The notes under the pieces: generated by a model
The model's input: only the letters and a program-made list of their open reading frames with translations
Told to the model about the DNA's origin: nothing
Database searches by the model: none
Translations under genes and position numbers: made by a program
Assembly (NCBI RefSeq): GCF_000315625.1
Contig: NW_005434670.1
Span: forward strand, 44,558 to 78,683
DNA: 34,126 nucleotides
Source of the DNA: Guillardia theta CCMP2712
Taxonomy: Eukaryota > Protista > Cryptophyta
Direction: 5' to 3'
Shown here: piece after piece, positions 12,771 to 23,412 of the stretch
Position numbering within the stretch: the first letter of the stretch is position 1
Layout: every line of letters begins with the position of its first letter

Positions 12771-13297
12771 AAGAGGGAACTTCGAAGAAGACCAGTTATA
12801 GCCGTTGTGACCCAAGGAGAGGTGGCTGTAAAGAACACCGTAAGGCTCGCATGAATCCTGGATGCGAACCATGAGCGGAGTTGCCTTGAACATTCGCTGT
12901 AGACGCATTTCCCGTCTGATCCACTTAGATGTTGGCTTTCTCGTACACCCAGATCGAAAGCAGCACTTTGCTGGTCGCAATGACAACTTGTCAAAATCAG
13001 GAATCCATTATTAAAAAGCTTCTGCAGGCGGCTTCAATTAAGAAGTCGAACACATCAAGAAGGATAACTGTAATTAAAGTTGTGACTTTGACTTTTGACT
13101 TTTATGTATGAAATTCAAAACAAATTGGTGGAGATTCCAAACTTTAATGAAACAGCTCGTTCCACCCAAAATTTTGCATATCCCGTTGTTTGCTCTCAGA
13201 TGTAATCTTGTCGTCAGCATCCAGATGTCTCTCTGAGTGTGTGCTCTGCTAATCGCCGGGCGTCATGTCATATCGCCCCCCCACCTTACGGCACCTC

Positions 13298-13457
13298 TGT
13301 TGTATACACAACCTTGCGTAAGACGTTGAGCTCAGATGATCCTAGGATCTCTGTTTATTAAGCACACACACTCATTAGATCAGCAGCACCACTGCAGGAA
13401 TCTGCATCGTCATCCTATTTCCCTACGCTACCTCCGGTATGAGTCCAGAATACAACA
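13298..13457 (-). repeat. 3' LTR (160 bp)
   Basis: Direct repeat of 19124-19298 with 7-bp terminal inverted repeat TGTTGTA/TACAACA. AATAAA on the minus strand. Weak purine tract (gtgggagcga) just inside. Confidence 0.93.
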
Positions 13458-13522
13458 TCGCTCCCACTGCGAGACGACAAGATGGTCCACCTGTCGTTGA
13501 CTTCGCTCAGAAGAATCTTGAG

Positions 13523-16500
13523 TTAAGGATCAGCAGAAGAAGAGGAAGAAGAGCGGCGGGAAGGTGACGCTTGAGCTAATAAAGAAGATTCAAATTGTTG
13601 AATTAAAGCACGAATACCAGATTTCTTGTTGAGTTCAGAAGCTGATTTCCAGGAGTGATCAGCTGGGTTAGGATAGCCTTTCCAATGAACAAGATATTGG
13701 ATACCACGACCTCGTTGACGTTTGTCGAGAATTTGTTCCACTTCGTATTCAAGTCCTTGAGCTGTCGAAAGAGGATCCGGTCGATCGACGTGAAGCTCGA
13801 AGTTGGGATCAGTGACGGTCCTGATGGGGGCGAAGCCACTTGAGGTTGAAGACGCTGTGTTCAAGATGACGAAAGCGATCTGTCAGTTCGAGATGAACAG
13901 TGTTGTCAGAAACAAAGGAGAGGATCTTGAAGGGACCAATGAAACGAGGACGGAGCTTGGGAAAGCTGTCGGTGATGGGAATATTCGTCGTTGAGAGCCA
14001 CACGAGATCGCCGATGTTGAAATTGTGAGGGCGACGGTGGTGGTCAAGGGTCTGTTCAGTTGAACGAGCCATGTGATCGAGGGCATCGCGAGCTGCTTCC
14101 ATGTGCACTTGGATGGCTTCGCGAATGTCGTCAGGATCATCAGACGAGTTGGAAAGGTCAGGGAGAGCCAGTTGAGTTTTGACTCAGTGACGTTGCGGCC
14201 ATAAATAATCTCGAATGGCGCAAGGCCTGTTGAACGTTTGACGGAAGAATTGTAATGCATCTCGAAGAGAGGAAGAAATCTGTCCCAGTCATGGTTGACG
14301 CGATTGGCACACTACGGTAGATGCGAAGAGCTTCAATCAAGACGGAGTTGAGGCGTTCAGGTCGAGCATTGCCTTGAGGATAGTAAGGCGAAGAATGCTT
14401 GATTTTGACCTGCAAGATGTCGAAAAGTTTAGTCCAAAAGGCAGAAGAGAAGATTTTTGCATTATCTGAAATGATTTCGTTGGGAAGGCCTTGGTTGGCG
14501 CAGACTTTCGAAACGAAAAGATCGGCAGCTTGTTGAGAGGTGAGAGTCTTCTTGCATGGAGACAGAAAGACACGGCCAGAAAAGTTGTCAACACAAACGA
14601 AGATCGAGTCGTAATGAGAACGAGTAGGTGGGAAGCCGGAAACAACATCGATGGAGATTGTAGCAAAACGATCAGACGGAGCTGCTTGACTGTGCGACGG
14701 TCCCATCTGTGGCTTGCGATAAGATTTGTATTGGATGCAAGATTGACAGGAAAGGATGTAACGTTCGACTTGTTGACGCATAGAGGGCCAATAAACAACA
14801 GGAACAAGAGCCAAATATGTTCGAGAGAAGCCGCGGTGACTGTGAAGGTCATGGGCACGGTATAGAACTTCTTTGCGAACAGATTGAGGAATGCAAATGC
14901 GTTGTCGGTGAAGACTATCTGTTAGAATCAGGAGATGATTTTCAATGTGAAAATGCTTGTACGATGGGTTGTTTTGAACTGCTTGATAGATTGTGGAAAA
15001 GTATGAACACGAGGAATATGCTTGGACGATTGCGTCGTGAAGAGATTCAACAAGAGAAGCATTATCAGCAGGAGCATCGAGAGCAAGGAGATGATGAAAA
15101 TCTTGATCATCTGAATGTAGGATTGCGTCATCGCGTGGAGGTGCGACGTCGTCGTCGGGATATTGGCGGCGGCTGAGAGCGTCCGGGACTCCCGGACAAC
15201 ATTATCGGTACCTTTCACGTGCGCGATCTCGACGATAGAGAATTCACTGAGAGTTTCTAACCAGCGGCGAAGACGACCTTTGAGATCCTTTTGAGTTTGA
15301 AAGTACGTGAGAGCCTTGTGATCAGTACGAAGGATGATGGGCTTGCCAAGCAGATAAAATTGGAAGTGAAGAAGCACGTCTTTGATGGCCAAAAGTTTGC
15401 GCTCAGTGGTTTGATAATTTCTTTCTGCATCAGTAAACAGGCGACTGTAGAATCCAATGACTTTCTCTTTGTTGTCAGCGTCGTACTGAAGAAGAACACC
15501 GCCGAGAGCTGTGTTTGAGGCATCGGTGTGAACTTCTGTTCTAAGCGCTGGATCAAAGTGAGAGAGAATTGGGGAGGAGGTTAACCGGTGTTTGAGAAGA
15601 TCGAAGGCTTGCTGACACTCGGGAGTCCATTGAAAGACGACATTCTTACGAAGAAGAGCATGAAGAGGAGCAGCAATGTGGGCATAGTTGCGAATAAAGC
15701 GACGGTAATATCCGGAGAGCACAAGAAATATTTTGATCTCCTTTGCGTTGCTGGGTGGTGGCCAGTCAAGGATCGCGCTGGTCTTACTGGATTGAGCCTC
15801 GATATGCCATCAGCAGAGATTTGATGACCGAGGAACTCGACACTATCTTGAAAGAGCAGTGCACTTTTGATTTCTTGAGGTAAACTTGATTCTCGCGGCA
15901 GCGCAGAAGAACGCGACGAAGAGTGTTGAGGTGTTGATCAAACGTGCCAAAATCAAGGATGAGCAAGTCATCCGTTGAATGTATGGGAATACACTGGTAA
16001 TATCACGAAAGAGAAGAGTAATCCATTCTTGAAAAATATTGCTTGCGTGAATGTAGCCGAATGGAAGATTGCGAAACTGATATTTGCCAAACTTGGTGAT
16101 GATGGCGACATATTTGCGATGATCAGGGGCAACAGGAATTTGCCAAAAACCGCGGAGAAGATCGAGAGCTGAAATCCAAAGTTTGTATTCAGAAGGGTGC
16201 AAGAAACGCTTGGATTTGCGAATGACCTCGGCGACAGATTCTAACATCTCCTCAGGGTTAGGAGTGGGTTTTTGCGGCGACTGTAAAGCACGGGGAATCC
16301 AAAGGGGCTGTTGGAAGGTTCGATGATGTTGCGAGATAACAAATATTCCAACGTCTTTTGAAGTTCCTGTTCGAGGAAAAGCGGGAGCCGATAGGGTCGT
16401 AGACTGACAGGTTTAGCATCAGGTAAGATATCAATGGTGGCCTGAAATTCACGAGAAATGTTATAATTGGCGGGCAGATCATCGGTAATGACATCAGAAA

Positions 16501-17288
16501 ATTCGTCCAGAAGTAAAGAAATTGCTTGCTCCTCTGGGGACACATCAGAAGAACGAGCCGGAGAGAAAGAATTGGCTGACGGTGGCGTGGAGGATGAATC
16601 AACTTGGAGAACGCAGAGAAACCAATCGTCCTCATCGTTGTCTTGTTGTTGAGAAGCAAAAACATCGGTCAATGACAGGAAAGTAACTTGCGCAAAGGAT
16701 TGGGGAGCTGTGAGAGAATTAAGCGGAACCATTTCACTGGCATGTCGGAAGACGCACGAGTTGTTGCTTGTGGGAAGATTCAATCCATACTTCACGGGTT
16801 CGGGCACGAAAAACAAGTCCATATCGAGTTTGCCACGTCAGGGAAAAAATGCATGTAGATAATGTAGAAGGCAACACATTGAAATTATCGGTAAATGAGT
16901 GTTTGCCAATTGAATAGGTAAGAGAAATAATGCCGAGAGTCTGTAAGTGAACTCCATTGGCGACGCATACAGGGATACGAATAGAGCTGTCAATAGCTGA
17001 TAAGGGAATATGCAAACGATCGAGGAGGGCGGTCGAAATAACATCGACGGCAGCACCGCCATCGAGAAGAGCTGTAAAATGATAAGGGTCAGCATCACTG
17101 GGAGAAATAGATGAACAAGTCACGGGAAATTTGATGAGATCGGTGACCAGCGATGCTGAATTGTGCAGAACGGAAGGGGACGGAGTTTCAGCTGAGAAGA
17201 TAAAATGAGAACAAAGCTGGGGCTCCGTAAAGGAAGAAATCATGCTCGTCGTCGAACTGCGATAACCGAGAGCATGACCTGCGGTACC
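13523..17288 (-). pseudogene. pol: pro-pol (PR-RT-RH-IN-chromodomain), frameshifted, with a deletion in the N-terminal RT region
   Basis: ORF pieces 16734-17243 (PR), 16241-16822, 15843-16247, 15784-15966 (RT), 14928-15722 (RH), 14158-14814 (IN), 13883-14260, 13809-14108 and 13523-13864 (chromo). The usual R.C.DYR.LN block is missing between PFGFPVL and PTPNPEEML. Confidence 0.93.
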
Positions 17289-19073
17289 CTATTCCTGAGG
17301 CGGAGGATCAGCAGGAGGCTGAGCTCTTGCTGACGAGGACGAAGAGACTGTCCCAGGAGGAGCAGAAGCGGATGCGACTGCAGGGGAATGCGTGACGGGA
17401 GAGCCCGGGTTAAGAGCTGGAGCACCATTCTGAAGGAGAGCCGTGATGACATTGACGATGGCGGCTTGACTCGCTGGAGGATGGGAGGGCTGTGTCACGG
17501 CGGAAGAAGCATTGCGATCAGCTTGCTTTTTCTTGCGGCAGTACTTCAACGTGTGTCCAGAACGTTTGCAGTACGTGCAGAAATAATTTGGGGGAGAACC
17601 GGAGGACTGCGCGGGAGCTGGGGAGGGCTGAACTCCTGGCGTCGACGGAGAGGGTTGAAGGGCACAAATAGGCTGTGGAGCCGGAACCAAAGAAGACGGT
17701 TTGACGAAGGCGAAAGCTTTCTGTGCTAGAAGCGACATCGTGGCCGCTGTAGCAGGATGCATGTGCGCTATGGGGACCATAACGAGTCGAACTTCCGGGT
17801 CGAGAAAACCGTTGGCGAATTGTTGAAGAAGATTGTGCTCTTGAAATACGACAGTTTCAGATTTGTAGAGTAAGAGTTCGTCAACATAACGTTGCGTCCG
17901 AAGAGTATAATCAGTGATCGATTCGTTGACGCCTTGACAGAGATTGGTCACTTGGTGCAGTAGTTTGGCGATGTGAGCCGCGGGAGGGAATTGCTGCGTG
18001 ATGAAAAGACAGAATTCCGACCAGGGAAGAAGAAACCATTCGTCAAGAGGACGATCGTGAGACATGCGTTGAAGAACAGAGTCATCAAGAAATGTCGTTG
18101 TATAGTAAACCCACAGGTTGCCGGGAATGCGTTGAACAGACAGAGCGCGTCCCATCTGAGAGAGCCAGCTGTGAATGCTTCGAGAATCAGCCTGACCGAG
18201 AAAGGGGGTGATGGACGTTCTGGGCTGAAATTTCGGGAGTTTGTCACCAGGGAAAGGTTGAGGAGGACGGACGGAATCGACGAAGGGTCCGATCTGACTC
18301 AACCGGGATGACATGCGTCTGCATCAGCCGAGGGCTGGGAGGGGAGGGGGAACTCGCCATGCGCGGAGACGTCTGCGCGCTAGACGGTGCTGGGAGGGGC
18401 TTCGGCTGGATTGCTGCCACGGAGGTTGAAAGGGCGGAAACCAGACGGTCTTGAAGTTCGTAGGATTGAGCAAGTAGACGATCATTGAATTCCTGAGATT
18501 GCTCAAATTGACGACTCGATCCAGCTTGCGTTCAAGTGCTTCTTGACGTTGCTGGGCATCTGCGTTCTGTTGCAGGAGTAAAGCAAAAAGTTGACGAAGA
18601 GATGGTTCCTTGTCGTTGGTGGCAGGAGAATTTCGACCTGAAGACATCGCAGAGATGGGCTCTGCGGCAGGGGCATCATTCCGACCCGAAGACATCGCAG
18701 GGATGGGCTCTGCGGCAGGGGTACGCGGAGAAAAAGCACCAAAAGCGGAATGACGGGAAGCACGCGGAGCTGGAGACTCCTGAACGAAGATAGACGGGGC
18801 TGGTACTGGCGTGAAAAAAAATGGGCGAGCACCAGAAGCTGGCCCATGATGGGAATCCTGCTGTGGTCGATCTTGCATAATTGAATCATCATCTTTCGTT
18901 GCGGAAAAAGGACGGGGGAATTGAAACTGTTGAGCTCCAACATTTGGGTGGATCGAAGTTGAGTCAGAGACTTGTTCCGTAGATCTCGGAATCCTTCGTT
19001 CACTGGTCTGAGCCTTACGCGATTTTCTCACTTTCAATACTGATAGTTTGCTTGCTTTCTTTGCTGAAATCAT
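17289..19073 (-). pseudogene. gag: gag, probably one ORF broken by two small insertions
   Basis: ORF 17289-18314 has a retrotransposon gag core (LCQGVNESITDY) and a zinc knuckle. ORF 18324-19073 starts just after the PBS and can be joined in frame by removing insertions at ~18514-18518 and ~18298-18301. Confidence 0.85.
18630..18721 (-). repeat. 48-bp-period tandem duplication in gag
   Basis: Encodes PAAEPIPAMSSGRN / PAAEPISAMSSGRN. Confidence 0.9.
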
Positions 19074-19105
19074 CCTTTGAGATTCTGAATCAGTGCTGGA
19101 ATGTG

Positions 19106-19121
19106 AACCAATTCGCTACCA
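19106..19121 (-). promoter_or_regulatory. Primer-binding site, likely tRNA-iMet
   Basis: TGGTAGCGAATTGGTT lies 2 nt inside the 5' LTR. TGGTAGCG is the Ty3-type iMet PBS core. Confidence 0.8.
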
Positions 19122-19123
19122 TA

Positions 19124-19298
19124 TGTTGTATACACAACCTTGCGTAAGACGTTGAGCTCAGATGATCTTAGGATCCGAGGCTGTTTATTAAGCACACACA
19201 CTCATCAGATCAGCAGCACCACTGCAGGAATCTGCATCGTCATCCTATTTCCCTACGCTACGTCCAAGGGGCGTCCGGTATGAGTCCAGAATACAACA
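19124..19298 (-). repeat. 5' LTR (175 bp)
   Basis: Matches 13298-13457 apart from a few substitutions and two indels (+4, +11). Confidence 0.93.
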
Positions 19299-19996
19299 AC
19301 GAAGAAGGAGAAGAGTTCGGTCCTGCGCCACTGGCGAGGACATGACGGGGTCGGATGAAAAATTTTCCGAGCTTGGCAGACGTACCGATGTTGCAGGGGA
19401 GGCTGCTCGCTGAGTTGCCTCCTCTGATCGCAGAATACTTCGCAAGGGAGTATCCCTCTTGTTTCGGGCCCGTTGATCCGCGCTAGACAGCGCTTCACGT
19501 TGTACATCTCCATCCCTATAAGGTTGAGTCAAAGATCCACTGGTCTGACTCGGAGAAAGCTGCTGCTGCTGCAGCTGCAGCCGCTCGCTCCATTCGACTT
19601 CTTCCTCAGAACTCTCTTCAGCAATTTCTGTTTGAAATGCTCCTGATTGCTTAGATCGAGGTTGAGGGCTCCTTTCCGGCTGAGGTTTCTTTCCTCCTCT
19701 TCCTTGTTTCGAGGTCATGAATCAACCACTTCGCTTCCAGAATGTTGTATACACAACACAGAGATTGTCAACGACACGAGTAAAGTAAGGATCATGAAGA
19801 AGATTGAGAAGCAGGAAATAGAAGTCTCTAAGTTTACTGGGAGGTAAACTACGCACAACCACCACACTCACTGTGCATGCAAGTGGGGGAAATTCAGGAG
19901 GCCGTCCGCACGAGATGCGTCCGCCTATATAGGGAATATCCGGCAGAGTATCCGACGAGTACCCGAGGTTCCGGATCCTCATGGACTGATACAACA
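19299..19996 (-). mobile_element. 5' remnant of a second related LTR element: LTR 19743-19996, PBS ~19724-19739, gag-like start from 19718
   Basis: 254-bp segment bounded by TGTTGTAT...ATACAACA, sharing TGTTGTATACACAAC with the first element's LTR. PBS-like TGGAAGCGAAGTGGTT. The ATG-initiated low-complexity ORF (MTSKQGRGGKK...) is cut by the first element's LTR. Confidence 0.8.
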
Positions 19997-19999
19997 CAT

Positions 20000-20195
20000 C
20001 CCCTCCCCTCCCCTCCCCTCCCCTCCCCTCCCTCCTCTCCTCCTCTCCCTCCCCTTCCCTCCCTGACTGTTCCCGTCACTCGCATAGTTCCCCTCATGTC
20101 AGCTCCCTTACATGCGGCTTTCTCTCACACATCACTCCTCGCTTGCTGATCACTTCACCGCTCCTCCCTCCCCCCTCACGTCACCTCCCCCTCAT
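20000..20195. repeat. Polypyrimidine (CCCCT)n-like tract
   Basis: Repeated cccct/ctcc units immediately right of the second LTR. Confidence 0.8.
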
Positions 20196-20464
20196 GTCAC
20201 TCCAGAGTCTCAAGAGTGACCTCTTTGATGAGTCTAGCAGATTTTGTACTTACACGCCGTCAGCAACTCCGGAGATACGCACTTATGACGGTACTAGCAA
20301 GAAATTAAAAGTTTGTACCGCCATCTTTAGTCAAGTCTTCATCCTTGACACGTGCGCAATCAGTTTCTACCAGCATTGTCACATCAGTAATAAAATCTCC
20401 AGTAGTACGATAGAGAACGGGATTCCTTCAAGCCTTGAAACAGTTTCGCACTGCGGCATATGAA

Positions 20465-21130
20465 ACATGTTTAACTTCACTTCACTTCAGCCTGACACGA
20501 TGATTCACTGAACGAACGTTGAACGTTTTCCGAAGTCTTGCCGCCGGCGTCCCGTTACCTCACGGTGGTGTACGGTCACTGTCCGATCAGTCCGACACTG
20601 GCACGGCGGTACTGCAACATCAAGTTACTACTTGAACACGGGTCACTGTCACGCCACATGAACCGTCTGTAGTACTTAGCACGGCAGTACTATCACTACC
20701 GTTACCGTACGGTAACTTAAGTCGTACCAATGAAATTTTGGAGTGCGGCTCCCGGGGCTATCCCGCCCGTTCTTACCGTACCCGGTCCGATACAGCCGCC
20801 GCGTGAGCGCCGCTCCGCTCAGTGCTATCGTGCCCGTACGGTACCGGCGTACGGTACCGTACCCTACTAGCCACAGTACGGTCCGCACCTCAGTTACTCA
20901 AAGTTAGCCACAGTCTGACAGGCGGCCGCTGTTCCGACTTCTCCTGATTGTCCTTGTACTAATTTTTAACCTAACTTTGAGTGTCTTGAAAAGTAACTTC
21001 GCTGGGATCGCGCCGCAGCCGCGCCGCCGACCACGCTGCCCGGGCCCGCCGCCCGGGCCCCGGCTTCACTGCCGCAGTGCCATTGCCCGGCCGCATACGG
21101 TACACTCCAGCGGGCACCGGGGAGCACCGG
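20465..21130. repeat. GC-rich palindrome-word island
   Basis: gttaccgtacggtaac (16-bp palindrome, 20701-20716), cgtacggtaccggcgtacggtaccgtac ~20835-20862, 12-bp inverted repeat 20896-20907/20971-20982. Confidence 0.75.
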
Positions 21131-21236
21131 GAGATAGGCGGCGAAGGGGAAGAAGGGAAGGGAAGGACGACGAGCTCACTGAGGGAGGACAGGTTGAAGA
21201 TAGAGCAGCCCAGCCAAGTCTGTTTGAACTGCAGAG

Positions 21237-22560
21237 ATGAATGAGCCTGCAACATCGTCTCCCAGTGAGCTCGCGCTGAGAAAATCTTTTGGGCAAGCTT
21301 TGCAGAGGATGTTTCCTTCCCTGTCCCGCGATTGCTCAATGAGTTTGCTGAAGAGCAAGAGGACGTTCTCAGAGCTTCTTTCCTTCTTCCTACAGCTGCG
21401 AGACAAGTGCCTTCAAGACCTAGAGAAGCTGATAGAGTTTCATTCCTACGAGCTGAATGACATCGAGCTGGCGCTGAGCGACGGGGAGTTTGACATCGAG
21501 ATGATATCGCATTGGGTCTTTGACCCTCGTGATCTCTTGTGGAGTGAATATGTGCGAGAGAGAGGAGGGAGACCGATGCTGGACGACCGAGCGACGGGGA
21601 TAGCATGGATGGACAACCTCATCGCAGATCTGAAGAAGCATGCCGAAGATTGCGAACTCCTGGAGGTGACGGAGTTGGATCAGTGCATGGAACGGTACCG
21701 GCAAGAGATCCGCGATATCCATGCTCCTGGTCCTGAGCAATCGGCACTTGTCAGAGATCTCCTCACCACCATGTCCATCTGCAAGAGCAACCTGAGCAAG
21801 AAGATTCAGTTTGCGCTCAGGCTGTGGAAACAGGTTCAGTCGGGCGAAGACGTGCTCACGCTCTACGAGCTGCGACAAGAGGATGTGGACGTGAACAGCT
21901 ACGTACAAAACGAGTACAGGAAGAGACTGAAGCTCCAGGACCCCATGGCGCATGCCTTCAACAACGATGGAGGGACCCCCCAGCCTCAGCGGGGTGCGAC
22001 TCGGAGCCGAGGAGGCAAGCCGGTGCTCATCGATGGTGCGCTGACGCTAACGCGCATGCTGGACTCGCTGCATCTGTTTCCGTCTCCTCTTGGCTTTTGT
22101 TTCCAAGTGTTTGTTCTCGAGATCGACGAGCAGGACTACAAGAGCCGGACCAGCATCAGGTCGCAAGACTGCTTGTTCGTCGACCCCTTCTGTGTAGAAC
22201 AAAGCGTGAGGAAGTACAAGGTATCAGGCGAGAAGATCATAGGGGTTTTCATTCGGAATATTCATCCCTCCGGCCAAGGTGAATCGTGATGATTCCGCTC
22301 ATCGTGACTGGCTGACGACTCTGACGGTCACTCAGAAATTCAGATCTACTGTAACGATGACGAACAAGATTGCAGAGTCAGATGCCCTGCAGAGACTTAT
22401 TTCTCCAAGCTCGGAGAAGGTGGAGAGGAGGAGGTTGAAACTGTTGTTTTGACGTGCAGAGCAGGAGATGCGCTGGATTGCTGGAGGGCTACCGACAAAG
22501 ACAAGAGAGTTCTACTCACTGTGGAGTTGCATCTCAAGGAAGGGACATGAGATACACCTT
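21237..22560 (+). CDS. Hypothetical protein (long first exon plus short 3' exons)
   Basis: 350-aa ORF with coding-like composition that probably includes one intron (~22015-22107). Further exons EIQIYCNDDEQDCRVRCPAETYFSKLG and EMRWIAGGLPTKTREFY. No family recognised and the 3' end is unresolved. Confidence 0.65.
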
Positions 22561-22728
22561 CTTATTACTTATACTCTCAATATTTCATTGTACAACACGA
22601 TTACGTGCATCCATAGAAATGCGCGTTTGACAACACAAAAGATTCAACACTCTTGCGTCGATCGGATCTCCTTCGATCTTCTACATTTCAATGTTGATCT
22701 TTCTATCTTGCTTCCTCACCTCCCCTCC

Positions 22729-22828
22729 NNNNNNNNNNNNNNNNNNNNNNNNNNNNNNNNNNNNNNNNNNNNNNNNNNNNNNNNNNNNNNNNNNNNNNNN
22801 NNNNNNNNNNNNNNNNNNNNNNNNNNNN
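22729..22828. other. Assembly gap (100 N) in a C/T-rich tract
   Basis: N run; atctttctatcttgcttcctc occurs on both sides. Confidence 0.97.
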
Positions 22829-23412
22829 GTATCTTTCTATCTTGCTTCCTCCACCTCCCCCTCCTCCCCCTCCCCCTCCTCCTCCCCCTCCTCCTCCTCC
22901 TCCCCCTCCTCCCCCTCCTCCCCCCTCCTCCCCCTCCCCCTCCGATGTTTGTCGAGTCCAGTTTCGCCTTGAAATATTTTCTCATTTGATCCAGTCGAGG
23001 AACGTTAAAAAATCTCTCAAACATTTTAACAGTACCCACCTTCGAAGTATCATTGATCATAGCAGAAAAAATGGGTACATAAAAAAAACAAATATCTGTT
23101 AGATGGGAGTTCGCCGCTCCTGAGGAGTTGGACGGGCTGAAGGCGGGATCCGACCACCCCCAATGACAACATGGTTGGGAGGGGACGAGAGGAGGAGACG
23201 AGGCTGACGTGCAGCTGCTGCCCCTGCGCTCCTACATTGGCTTAATCCCCTCCTCTCCTCCTTTAGTGATTTCATCCCCTCTTCTTCTCCTTCTCAGTCA
23301 CTGCTTCTCGCTCATATCCTCCTCTTCTCCTTCAGTCACCGGAACTTGTCACCTCAGTTTCCATCCTGTTGGTTCTTCTCTTTTTGGTTGACTTCCTAAA
23401 TCGCTCTACGAC

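Larger units (their letters stand above)
13298..19298 (-). mobile_element. Decayed Ty3/gypsy chromodomain (chromovirus-type) LTR retrotransposon
   Basis: LTRs TGTTGTA...TACAACA at 13298-13457 and 19124-19298, PBS, and gag with CCHC knuckle (CTYCKRSGHTLKYC). Domains follow the Ty3/gypsy order: protease (ALLDGGA), RT (LDLLRGFWQI, LPFG, YI-DD), RNase H (VHTDAS, TDHKAL), integrase (HHCC; ISIDVV, IISDN, ERLN) and chromodomain ([10 protein letters not shown]...YLVHWKGY). Multiple frameshifts. Confidence 0.97.

Noticed and set aside
19106-19298. Tf1-type self-priming
   Set aside because: No complement of the PBS is seen in the LTR, and the PBS begins with TGG, fitting tRNA priming.
22842-23102. Poly-proline ORF
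   Set aside because: Translation of a (CCT/CCC)n tract adjacent to an assembly gap.
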